From an uncultured Lachnospiraceae bacterium (GTDB lineage: Bacteria; Bacillota; Clostridia; Christensenellales; UBA1242), in NCBI GenBank assembly GCA_964416085.1, contig CAYQCO010000002.1, positions 1 through 37,705 of the forward strand: a DNA stretch of 37,705 bases, written 5' to 3'. The notes below the pieces were generated by a model. It was not told the origin of the DNA and searched no databases. It saw only the letters and a program-made list of their open reading frames with translations. A program made the position numbers and the translations under genes. Positions 1 through 7,685 of this stretch are shown here, one piece after another (position 1 is the first letter of the stretch; every line of letters begins with the position of its first letter).

Positions 1-29
1 AAAACTGCACAAAATAAACAGGGGGAAAT

Positions 30-1151
30 ATGAAAACAAAAAACAAATTTATTATCATTGCACTGGTATGTTTAATCACCATATCAAGTGTATGGGCAGG
101 GAGAACCTATGCCTATTTCAATGCAAACAGCAATGCCAGCGGAACAATCACAATGGGGACATTGAAGATTGATAGTTTAAAGACCAAGGACAATGCGGAA
201 ATCAACTGGAATATTGACGGAGTGGTCCCAAATCAAGAGTTTGGTGGCAGTTACAAGGCGGTTGTAGATAGCGACATAAATTATTATACTAGGATACTTT
301 TTAAGGCCACAGTAACTCCAAAAACGATCAAAGAACACTCAACAAATTGCGCTGACCACGTGGACAATGATATAGATATTTTGAGCATTGCAGTGAGCGG
401 AAGCGGTGCGACCTATGAAGAATATGGCAAAGATGATGACGGCAACACAATTTATTACAAAATGAGCCCAACAACACCAAATAAAAGCTCAACAACAGAC
501 GAAAATTTCAATATAAATTTAAAGGTTCACGACTGGGTTGGTGATGGCGGTTGTGACTATTATATGGGTGCGACTATTAATATCGGTGTCAAAATCGAAG
601 TCATCCAAGCGGATTATTTAGAGAGCAACACCACAGGTACAACCTACACTGATGTCACCGCTATCCACAACAAGTGGACAAAGAGGGCATATGAGGTGAC
701 TATAAGCGATAGCTGCACGTTATATTATGCCTTAGATGGTGAAAATGAATTGCATACTTTATCAGTAGGCGAGACGATAGAATTAAGTGTAAATAGCAAA
801 ATATTTATTGCAATGTACACAGATTATCTTCCTGACGATTATTGGACTATTGAAGAAAACGTGTTGTTTGCAGAACTCTGGGAATATTCATATGCACGTT
901 ACACAACAGAAAACATAAATAGGGGGTCTACTCAAAATTTAACAAACGATATAAAACAGACGGCTATAACAAACATAGAAAAAGATAATTATGATAATGT
1001 CGGGGGGCCTCCTTGTGATATGCGTGTAACGATTTATATAAATGATATTCGCGCTTGTAATATAAGAGATTATGTATCCAGGATCAATACATATTGTTTG
1101 CTTCCAATATATGAAAAGACAACGATAATATTTGATTATGGCTCCGTGTAA
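30..1151 (+). CDS. Secreted TasA/camelysin-like protein with a SipW-dependent-type signal peptide and a long uncharacterised C-terminal extension
   Basis: 373-aa ORF with a GGGGG RBS at 21-25. The N-terminus has basic residues, a hydrophobic helix, then WAGRTYAYFNANSNASGTITMGTLKID. This resembles the A-x-T-x-A-x-F-[STN] motif plus the following GTL strand of TasA/CalY/camelysin-type SipW substrates. A strong terminator follows at 1192-1220. Confidence 0.6.
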   Translation: MKTKNKFIIIALVCLITISSVWAGRTYAYFNANSNASGTITMGTLKIDSLKTKDNAEINWNIDGVVPNQEFGGSYKAVVDSDINYYTRILFKATVTPKTIKEHSTNCADHVDNDIDILSIAVSGSGATYEEYGKDDDGNTIYYKMSPTTPNKSSTTDENFNINLKVHDWVGDGGCDYYMGATINIGVKIEVIQADYLESNTTGTTYTDVTAIHNKWTKRAYEVTISDSCTLYYALDGENELHTLSVGETIELSVNSKIFIAMYTDYLPDDYWTIEENVLFAELWEYSYARYTTENINRGSTQNLTNDIKQTAITNIEKDNYDNVGGPPCDMRVTIYINDIRACNIRDYVSRINTYCLLPIYEKTTIIFDYGSV

Positions 1152-1191
1152 AATGTAAATATAGCAATTTAAATCCTACGCAAATAAAAAA

Positions 1192-1220
1192 AGGCCTAGT
1201 ATAACTAGGTCTTTTTTTTC
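1192..1220 (+). terminator. Rho-independent terminator
   Basis: Stem AGGCCTAGT / ACTAGGTCT (9 bp, one G-T wobble), 3-nt loop, then a T8 run. Confidence 0.75.
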
Positions 1221-1251
1221 ACACAAAACCGCATTCGGCATATAAAATAAT

Positions 1252-2037
1252 ATGTCAAGATTAATAGAAGAAATGATAAAACAACATTCAAATGGACAAT
1301 ACGAATTGCCGAGTGACCAGCAAATTGGATGTGACATAGCAATAGGGGATAAAGTGTATGAAACACGACCAAGGTTTAGCGAATTTTCTATTGATAGTGA
1401 AGTATTGTTAAGTTATATTTACAGAAAACTAGGACTAAGCAATCCGCAAGCAATTCCAATCAAAACAAACGGCAAAACAGGGGTGATGAGCGAAAAAATT
1501 TGTCACGGCAAAGACTATATTCACGATGAAATGAATAGATACAGATATGGATATATGTATTTTGACAATTTAAACGAAGCCAGCAAAATTCACACGTTTT
1601 GGGACAAAGGAATGATGGATAGTTACATAAAAATCTCGCTTGCGGATATGATGTTTTGGATTCAAGACAGATATCCAGCCAAGTTGTATGTAAAAAGGGG
1701 TGGCAAATTGGGGATGAAAGAAGTCGTGCCAACAGGTTTTAGTTATCCAAGTGTTTTGGTCGATTATTTTGATTATTATGCAATGCAACCATTTTATAAT
1801 GGAGTGTATCAAAAGGAAGAAGCAAGAGAAGAATATAAAAACAACCTAAAATCTTTCAATTTTAAGCAATATATGACACCAAAAGAGTTTTTAGGTATTT
1901 GTTCCAAGATTGACATAAAACGTTGCGCAAATGAAATATTTGAGCGATATAATTATAGATTAAATCCAAAGTTTGTGGACTTCGTGGACAAAATTTTTAC
2001 ATCAAGTTGTGAAGAATTTGAAAAACTAAACAAATAA
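1252..2037 (+). CDS. Hypothetical protein (aromatic-rich, no motif recognised)
   Basis: 261-aa ORF bounded by terminators at 1192-1220 and 2044-2075. No family signature that I recognise. Confidence 0.55.
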   Translation: MSRLIEEMIKQHSNGQYELPSDQQIGCDIAIGDKVYETRPRFSEFSIDSEVLLSYIYRKLGLSNPQAIPIKTNGKTGVMSEKICHGKDYIHDEMNRYRYGYMYFDNLNEASKIHTFWDKGMMDSYIKISLADMMFWIQDRYPAKLYVKRGGKLGMKEVVPTGFSYPSVLVDYFDYYAMQPFYNGVYQKEEAREEYKNNLKSFNFKQYMTPKEFLGICSKIDIKRCANEIFERYNYRLNPKFVDFVDKIFTSSCEEFEKLNK

Positions 2038-2043
2038 TTTTGG

Positions 2044-2075
2044 GGCAAGTGACAAAAATCATTTGCCTTTTTTTG
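2044..2075 (+). terminator. Rho-independent terminator
   Basis: Stem GGCAAGTGA / TCATTTGCC (one G-T wobble), loop CAAAAA, then a T7 run. Confidence 0.65.
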
Positions 2076-2113
2076 TAATATGATTTACAATAAGAGAGTT
2101 AAAAGGAGAAAAT

Positions 2114-4750
2114 ATGAAAAAATACGTTTACTTATTTAGTGAAGGTAATGCTCAGATGAGAGAACTCCTTGGCGGAAAAGGTGCCAACTTGGCAGAAATG
2201 ACAAGAATTGGTCTCCCAGTGCCACAAGGTTTTACTATTTCAACTGAAGCATGTACACAGTATTACGAAGACGGACGTCAAATCAACCCAGACATTCGTG
2301 CTGAGATTATGCAAAACATCGAAAAGATGGAAGCAATCACTGGCAAGAAGTTTGGCGACAAGGAAAATCCACTTCTAGTTTCTGTGCGTTCTGGTGCTAG
2401 GGCTTCTATGCCAGGAATGATGGACACAATTCTTAACTTAGGCCTAAATGAAGAAGTTGTTGAAGTTATTGCCAAGAAGTCAGGCAATCCAAGATGGGCA
2501 TGGGACTGCTATCGTAGATTTATCCAAATGTTCAGCGACGTAGTTATGGAAGTTGGCAAAAAGTATTTTGAAAAACTTATTGACCAAATGAAAGAACGTA
2601 AAGGTGTCGTTTATGACGTAGACCTTACCGCTGATGATTTGAAAGAACTCGCTCGTCAATTTAAGGCTGAGTACAAAAATCAACTTGGGAAAGACTTCCC
2701 AACAGACCCAAAAGAACAACTATTTGAAGCAATCAAAGCAGTATTCCGTTCTTGGGACAACCCACGTGCCAACGTTTATCGTATGGACCACGACATCCCT
2801 TATTCTTGGGGAACAGCAGTCAATGTTCAAATGATGGCATTCGGCAATATGGGCGAAACATCAGGAACTGGTGTTGCGTTTACTCGTAATCCAGCAACTG
2901 GCGAAAAAGGTTTGATGGGAGAATTCTTGATGAATGCACAAGGTGAAGACGTTGTTGCAGGTGTAAGAACTCCAATGCCTATCGCAAAGATGAAAGAAAT
3001 TATGCCAGAATGTTATGCTCAATTCCTAGAAATCTGCAAAACTCTTGAAAATCATTACAGAGATATGCAAGATATGGAATTTACTATCGAGGACAAGAAG
3101 TTGTATATGCTTCAAACTCGTAATGGCAAAAGAACTGCTGCCGCTGCAATCCGTATTGCTTGCGACCTTATCGATGAAGGAATGATTAGCGAAGAAGAAG
3201 CATTGATGCAAATTGATGCAAAAACTCTTGATATGCTACTTCACCCAACATTTGATGCAGAAGCACTCAAAGCGGCTGACAAAAACAATGTAATCGGAAA
3301 AGGTATCGCTGCATCTCCGGGTGCTGCTGCCGGCAAAGTTGTGTTTACCGCTGAGGATGCAGTTATTCACGGCAAAAACAAAGAAAAAGTCGTTCTTGTT
3401 CGTCTTGAAACAAGCCCAGAAGATATCGAAGGTATGAAATATTCACAAGGTATCCTGACTGTTCGTGGTGGTCAAACATCTCACGCAGCCGTTGTTGCTC
3501 GTGGAATGGGAACTTGCTGCGTTTCTGGTTGTGGCGAAATCAAAATGGACGAAGAGAACAAGTGCTTTACTCTTGCTGGCAAAACTTATCACGAAGGAGA
3601 CGAAATCTCTCTTGATGGTTCAACTGGTAAGATTTATGACGGAGCAATCAAAACTGTTCCTGCTGACCCAAACAGCGGATATTTTGGCAGAATTATGAAA
3701 CTTGCTGACAAATATCGTAAATTGGGAGTAAGAACCAACGCTGACACGCCAGCAGATGCAAAACGTGCTGCTGAACTTGGCGCTGAGGGTATTGGTCTTT
3801 GCAGAACAGAGCATATGTTCTTTGACCCAGACAGAATTGGTGCATTTAGAGAAATGATTTGTAGCGATACTGTTGAAGAAAGAGAAGTTGCTCTTGCAAA
3901 AATTGAACCTATGCAACAAGCAGACTTTGAGGGCTTGATGGAAGCACTTGAAGGCAAACCTGTTACTATTAGATTCTTGGATCCACCTCTTCACGAATTT
4001 GTTCCTACTGACGAAAAAGATATTGAAGCATTGGCAAAGACAAAAGGCAAAACAGTTGCTCAAATCAAGCAATATATCACTGATTTGCACGAAACCAACC
4101 CAATGATGGGACACAGAGGTTGCCGTCTTGCAGTTACTTATCCTGAAATTGCAGCAATGCAAACAAGAGCAGTAATCAAGGCTGCTATCAATGTTCAAAA
4201 ACGTCACCCAAATTGGAATGTAGTTCCAGAAATTATGATTCCATTGATTGGCGAAATCAAAGAATTGAAGTTTGTTAAGAAAGTGGTTGTAGAAACTGCT
4301 GACGCAACAATCAAATCTCAAAATGTCAACTTGAAATATGAAGTTGGAACAATGATTGAGATTCCTCGTGCAGCACTTTTGGCTGACGAAATCGCTGAGG
4401 AAGCAGAATTCTTCTGTTTCGGAACAAACGATTTGACTCAAATGACATTTGGATTTAGTCGTGACGACGCTGGAAAATTCTTGCCTGCATATTATAGCAA
4501 CAAGATTTTTGAAAGCGATCCATTCGCTCGTCTTGACACAAACGGTGTCGGCAAACTTATGGATATGGCCGTAACTCTTGGCAACAAGGTTAGACCAAAT
4601 CTTCACTGCGGAATTTGTGGTGAACACGGTGGCGACCCATCAAGTATTGAGTTCTGTCACAAGATTGGTTTGAGTTACGTTTCTTGCTCACCATTCAGAG
4701 TGCCAATCGCAAGACTTGCTGCTGCTCAAGCCGCTATCAAAAACAAATAA
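2114..4750 (+). CDS. ppdK: Pyruvate, phosphate dikinase
   Basis: 878 aa. N-terminal ATP-grasp signature LLGGKGANLAEM, phospho-histidine swivel motif GGQTSHAAVVARGMG, and C-terminal PEP-utilising TIM-barrel motifs (CRTEHMFF, FFCFGTNDLTQ). AGGAG RBS upstream. Confidence 0.97.
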   Translation: MKKYVYLFSEGNAQMRELLGGKGANLAEMTRIGLPVPQGFTISTEACTQYYEDGRQINPDIRAEIMQNIEKMEAITGKKFGDKENPLLVSVRSGARASMPGMMDTILNLGLNEEVVEVIAKKSGNPRWAWDCYRRFIQMFSDVVMEVGKKYFEKLIDQMKERKGVVYDVDLTADDLKELARQFKAEYKNQLGKDFPTDPKEQLFEAIKAVFRSWDNPRANVYRMDHDIPYSWGTAVNVQMMAFGNMGETSGTGVAFTRNPATGEKGLMGEFLMNAQGEDVVAGVRTPMPIAKMKEIMPECYAQFLEICKTLENHYRDMQDMEFTIEDKKLYMLQTRNGKRTAAAAIRIACDLIDEGMISEEEALMQIDAKTLDMLLHPTFDAEALKAADKNNVIGKGIAASPGAAAGKVVFTAEDAVIHGKNKEKVVLVRLETSPEDIEGMKYSQGILTVRGGQTSHAAVVARGMGTCCVSGCGEIKMDEENKCFTLAGKTYHEGDEISLDGSTGKIYDGAIKTVPADPNSGYFGRIMKLADKYRKLGVRTNADTPADAKRAAELGAEGIGLCRTEHMFFDPDRIGAFREMICSDTVEEREVALAKIEPMQQADFEGLMEALEGKPVTIRFLDPPLHEFVPTDEKDIEALAKTKGKTVAQIKQYITDLHETNPMMGHRGCRLAVTYPEIAAMQTRAVIKAAINVQKRHPNWNVVPEIMIPLIGEIKELKFVKKVVVETADATIKSQNVNLKYEVGTMIEIPRAALLADEIAEEAEFFCFGTNDLTQMTFGFSRDDAGKFLPAYYSNKIFESDPFARLDTNGVGKLMDMAVTLGNKVRPNLHCGICGEHGGDPSSIEFCHKIGLSYVSCSPFRVPIARLAAAQAAIKNK

Positions 4751-4833
4751 TACATTGAAAAATTTTCATTGTAGTTCGCTTATTTGAAAATTTGACAATT
4801 TTTACAAAGTCGTAGTTCGCTTAAACTTTGTTG

Positions 4834-4866
4834 AAAAACACCAAGCGTTAAGTTTGGTGTTTTTTG
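4834..4866 (+). terminator. Rho-independent terminator downstream of ppdK
   Basis: Stem AAACACCAA / TTGGTGTTT with a 9-nt loop, followed by a T-run at 4861-4865. Confidence 0.65.
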
Positions 4867-4874
4867 TTGGGGCA

Positions 4875-4956
4875 GGGGGCAGAAGTGCGTGCGTAAGCAC
4901 GCCGGTCGCCCGTTAGGGCGACAAACGGTTGCCTTGCAACCGTTACTTCTGCCCCC
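4875..4956 (-). repeat. GC-rich four-way-junction structured repeat, copy 1 (inverted relative to copies 2 and 3)
   Basis: Closing stem GGGGGCAGAAG (4875-4885) / CTTCTGCCCCC (4946-4956) encloses three hairpins: GCGTGC-GTAA-GCACGC, GTCGCCC-GTTA-GGGCGAC and AACGGTTGC-CTT-GCAACCGTT. The strand label only records orientation relative to the other copies. Confidence 0.85.
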
Positions 4957-5030
4957 GTCATCTCGCCTTACAACTAGATTATATAAAACTAACATATAAA
5001 ACTTACACCCAAAAAATATTCAAAAAATAC

Positions 5031-5059
5031 TTGCCAAGAGCAAATATCTATGTTATACT
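5031..5059 (+). promoter_or_regulatory. Sigma-A-like promoter candidate
   Basis: TTGCCA, 17-nt spacer, TATACT, about 30 nt upstream of the ATG at 5088. Confidence 0.4.
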
Positions 5060-5087
5060 AATGACCTAACTAAAAGGTAGGTAAAAA

Positions 5088-5633
5088 ATGATATTTGATT
5101 TTTTTGAATTTGATGAATTATACAAATTATATGGATATGCAGCACAAAATACAAAAGAAAGTTTGATTGCAGAAAAATTGACACAAAACCGCAACAAATT
5201 TCAAGAAAAATATAATCTAGAAATATTGGGATACAACGCTTTTATGTCTTTTATGCCAACTCTTTTGCCACAAAAAATTGCAACAGAATTAAAAAATCGT
5301 GGACATAATGTCACATTGCGCCAAGATATTAGACTTTCAACAGTTGACTTCAAAAGGATGCTCAGTGCTTACAACGCTTACAAAAGGGATAGGATAGTGC
5401 CATATATGATGGCAAATATTATGTCAAAATTTTTGTTGGCTAATGGCAGTTATTATTTTGATGCAGATGATGAAAACAAGGCAGTGGACTATGTCAATGC
5501 GTTTACAAATGCTTGCCAAAGTTTGTATCACGACTCAATCAACTATGCAATGATTGATTATGTTAGACCGGGTGACCCACAGTATGTCGTAAAAAGCAAT
5601 GACAAAAAAGACACAGAATTTCACCCTTATTAG
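5088..5633 (+). CDS. Hypothetical protein
   Basis: 181-aa ORF with an AAGGTAGGT RBS-like sequence at 5073-5081. No recognisable motif. Confidence 0.55.
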   Translation: MIFDFFEFDELYKLYGYAAQNTKESLIAEKLTQNRNKFQEKYNLEILGYNAFMSFMPTLLPQKIATELKNRGHNVTLRQDIRLSTVDFKRMLSAYNAYKRDRIVPYMMANIMSKFLLANGSYYFDADDENKAVDYVNAFTNACQSLYHDSINYAMIDYVRPGDPQYVVKSNDKKDTEFHPY

Positions 5634-5642
5634 CAAATTTAG

Positions 5643-5672
5643 TTGACAAAAACCCAAACTTTGTTTTACAAT
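5643..5672 (+). promoter_or_regulatory. Sigma-A-like promoter candidate
   Basis: TTGACA (5643-5648), 18-nt spacer, TACAAT (5667-5672). It is followed by an AAAGGGGGA RBS and the ATG at 5691. The ORF-track TTG start at 5643 is the -35 box itself. Confidence 0.5.
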
Positions 5673-5690
5673 ATTAGAAAGGGGGAAGTT

Positions 5691-6218
5691 ATGCACCACG
5701 AAAAGTATAACTATTCAACATCGACAGTCCCAACATTAAAACGTAAAACACGTTGGAGTTGTGTCTTTGCATTGCTTATGATAGCAATTATGTTTTTGGA
5801 GATATATCTTTTGCTTGATGCTCACAAGTCAAAAATTGACCTGTCCCTAGCAGAAAATATTGTAAGTATTGCAACAATGATATTTGCACTATTGTTTGTT
5901 TTGATGCAGATTGCAGAGATTGCCAAATGTGTCGCGATAATCAAAAAAGTTAAACAAAACGGTTATGTCCAAGCCAGCACTTTGCTTATGAATTTTGACA
6001 AAAAAACATCATTCGGCAATGTGTTTAGATTGCTAGAATATATTTTGTTGTTGATTACAATTATAGGTGTGGTTGGTTTTGCAACCTACTCAGTTTGGAA
6101 TTATGTGTATTCTTCAACAATCAACTATTATTTGCCAGTATTTTTGGCAGTTTTGCTTTCAACATATTATAGTTGCAAAAATGTTGAAAATATGTATGCA
6201 CTCAAAAAAGGATTATAA
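5691..6218 (+). CDS. Small integral membrane protein (about 4 TM helices), function unknown
   Basis: Start moved to the ATG at 5691 (strong GGGGGA RBS at 5681-5686). Four hydrophobic segments, e.g. WSCVFALLMIAIMFLEIYLLL, IVSIATMIFALLFVLMQIA, LLEYILLLITIIGVVGFATYSVW and YYLPVFLAVLLSTYY. Confidence 0.6.
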   Translation: MHHEKYNYSTSTVPTLKRKTRWSCVFALLMIAIMFLEIYLLLDAHKSKIDLSLAENIVSIATMIFALLFVLMQIAEIAKCVAIIKKVKQNGYVQASTLLMNFDKKTSFGNVFRLLEYILLLITIIGVVGFATYSVWNYVYSSTINYYLPVFLAVLLSTYYSCKNVENMYALKKGL

Positions 6219-6220
6219 AA

Positions 6221-6246
6221 AAAGCACTTAAACAAAGTGCTTTTTT
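6221..6246. terminator. Bidirectional terminator between convergent genes
   Basis: A-run, stem GCACTT / AAGTGC with loop AAACA, then a T-run (AAAAAAAGCACTTAAACAAAGTGCTTTTTT). It lies between the stops at 6218 (+) and 6248 (-). Confidence 0.6.
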
Positions 6247-6247
6247 G

Positions 6248-6784
6248 TTATTCTTCAATAATTTTTGAATACACTTGCTCATAAATTGTAGGGGCAAGTT
6301 CTCTCCATTTTTTGCAAGCAACAATCGCATTATGTCGTGTGTCTGACTTGATAGATACACTAAATATTGAGTCAGTAGTAAGCGGTTCAAGTATTTTCAA
6401 CTCAACAGTATAACTTCCGTCAATCGCCTTGTAATAGTTGCCTATGTATTCTTGATTACGTTTGAAATGAAGTTTGTTTTCAACCGAAAACTTTGATATA
6501 TCATTGCGCATACTTGCAGGAATTTTTGTAAAAAACTGTGACAGACATTCACGCCCAGCAACTGTGATATTGTATCTGTTTTCATTGTTAAAAGTGTTAG
6601 GCTTATAAATAAACTTGGCTTCAAGCAACTGAAAAAGTAGGTCTTTGCAATCCATATAATTAATCCAGTTGTTTTGACTGCAACAAATTTCAAGTATTGA
6701 ATTTTCTGTCAAAGGGATTTCCATTTTGTCAAGAACAAACAAAAGGATTAATTTGTTGACAGTATTATCGGCTACAAACTCCAT
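6248..6784 (-). CDS. DUF4364-like protein (putative winged-helix regulator)
   Basis: 178 aa. The N-terminus NKLILLFVLDKMEIPLTENSILEICCSQNNWINYMDCKDLLFQLLEAKFI resembles, from memory, the conserved N-terminal region of clostridial DUF4364 proteins. Assignment not verified by HMM. Confidence 0.5.
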   Translation of the reverse strand: MEFVADNTVNKLILLFVLDKMEIPLTENSILEICCSQNNWINYMDCKDLLFQLLEAKFIYKPNTFNNENRYNITVAGRECLSQFFTKIPASMRNDISKFSVENKLHFKRNQEYIGNYYKAIDGSYTVELKILEPLTTDSIFSVSIKSDTRHNAIVACKKWRELAPTIYEQVYSKIIEE

Positions 6785-6801
6785 AATTTCCTCACAAGTA
6801 T

Positions 6802-6830
6802 ATAATAGCAGAGTTTCGCATTTTTTTCAA
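6802..6830 (-). promoter_or_regulatory. Sigma-A-like promoter candidate for the 6784 minus-strand gene
   Basis: On the minus strand: TTGAAA, 17-nt spacer, TATTAT, about 17 nt upstream of the start codon. Confidence 0.35.
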
Positions 6831-6889
6831 GAATAAAATGACTATTTTTTCAAAAATTTTTCAACTTTTATAAATTCTTTGCAAATTTC

Positions 6890-6918
6890 TTGCATAGTAT
6901 GACAAAAATTGTTATAAT
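6890..6918 (+). promoter_or_regulatory. Sigma-A-like promoter candidate
   Basis: TTGCAT, 17-nt spacer, TATAAT, 15 nt upstream of the ATG at 6934 (AGGTGA RBS). Confidence 0.45.
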
Positions 6919-6933
6919 AAATTAGGTGATATT

Positions 6934-7614
6934 ATGGAAAATAATGAATTAAAAGATTTTAATACCGCTTGTGATGACTTTTTAAACGGCAAATACATTT
7001 TGGCCGAGAGCAAAATCTCTTCAATTTTGTTGACTCTTTCAAAAAACAACAAACTCAAAGATATTGTAGCAGAATGTGTCAACAATTACAACTTTTCAGC
7101 CGCTTTTGATGAGGCGGTTGGGGACAACGGAATTATTACTTTGCCACAAGATGCCAAGGGAATAATTGCATTTTCGTTTAGTTTGCTATACAATATTGAC
7201 GTAAAAAATATTGATTTTTATGACTTTTTGACCGCGTATTACAACTTTGACGAACTAAACAATATGGGCAGTTTTCAACTTTTTGCCAACAATATTGTGC
7301 TTCCGTTCAAAGAAGCAATCAACAATGTCTATGAGAGAACTCACGTGCTTGTGGATAGCGATGACTATCAAAACAATATTTACAACAAATTGAAGAAAAT
7401 TTGCACAATTCACCTTGATGACCTTGACCAGTTTAGACTTCGTGATGTAAATAAAGAAGAACTTGCAACACTCTTAAATTGTATGATAACCGCTTGCGAA
7501 AACAATGACAAAAATGTCGTGTATGCCTTGCTTATTGGTTTTGAATATTTTTGTGTGTCCAACAAAAGAACACGAATTATTTATGAGCAATTCAAAGAAT
7601 GTTTTGAAAACTAA
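6934..7614 (+). CDS. Hypothetical protein
   Basis: 226-aa ORF with RBS AGGTGA. Divergent from the DUF4364-like gene. No recognised motif. Confidence 0.55.
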   Translation: MENNELKDFNTACDDFLNGKYILAESKISSILLTLSKNNKLKDIVAECVNNYNFSAAFDEAVGDNGIITLPQDAKGIIAFSFSLLYNIDVKNIDFYDFLTAYYNFDELNNMGSFQLFANNIVLPFKEAINNVYERTHVLVDSDDYQNNIYNKLKKICTIHLDDLDQFRLRDVNKEELATLLNCMITACENNDKNVVYALLIGFEYFCVSNKRTRIIYEQFKECFEN

Positions 7615-7685
7615 ATCAAACACATATTAAAATGTGCTTAAAATTAGACAAAAACGCATCAAGAGTGTATTAAGATTTTAAAATA

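Noticed and set aside
3620-4627. 335-aa minus-strand ORF (plus 3634-3957) inside ppdK
   Set aside because: It is entirely antisense to a confidently identified, motif-rich gene. It has a low-complexity, Cys/Phe/Ser-rich composition and no RBS or promoter context. This is the usual stop-poor antisense frame of a codon-biased gene.
5643-5690. ORF-track N-terminal extensions (5643, 11863, 14537, 20164, 20885, 22609, 27309)
   Set aside because: In each case an internal start with a much better RBS matches the conserved family N-terminus. In several cases the extension runs through promoter hexamers.
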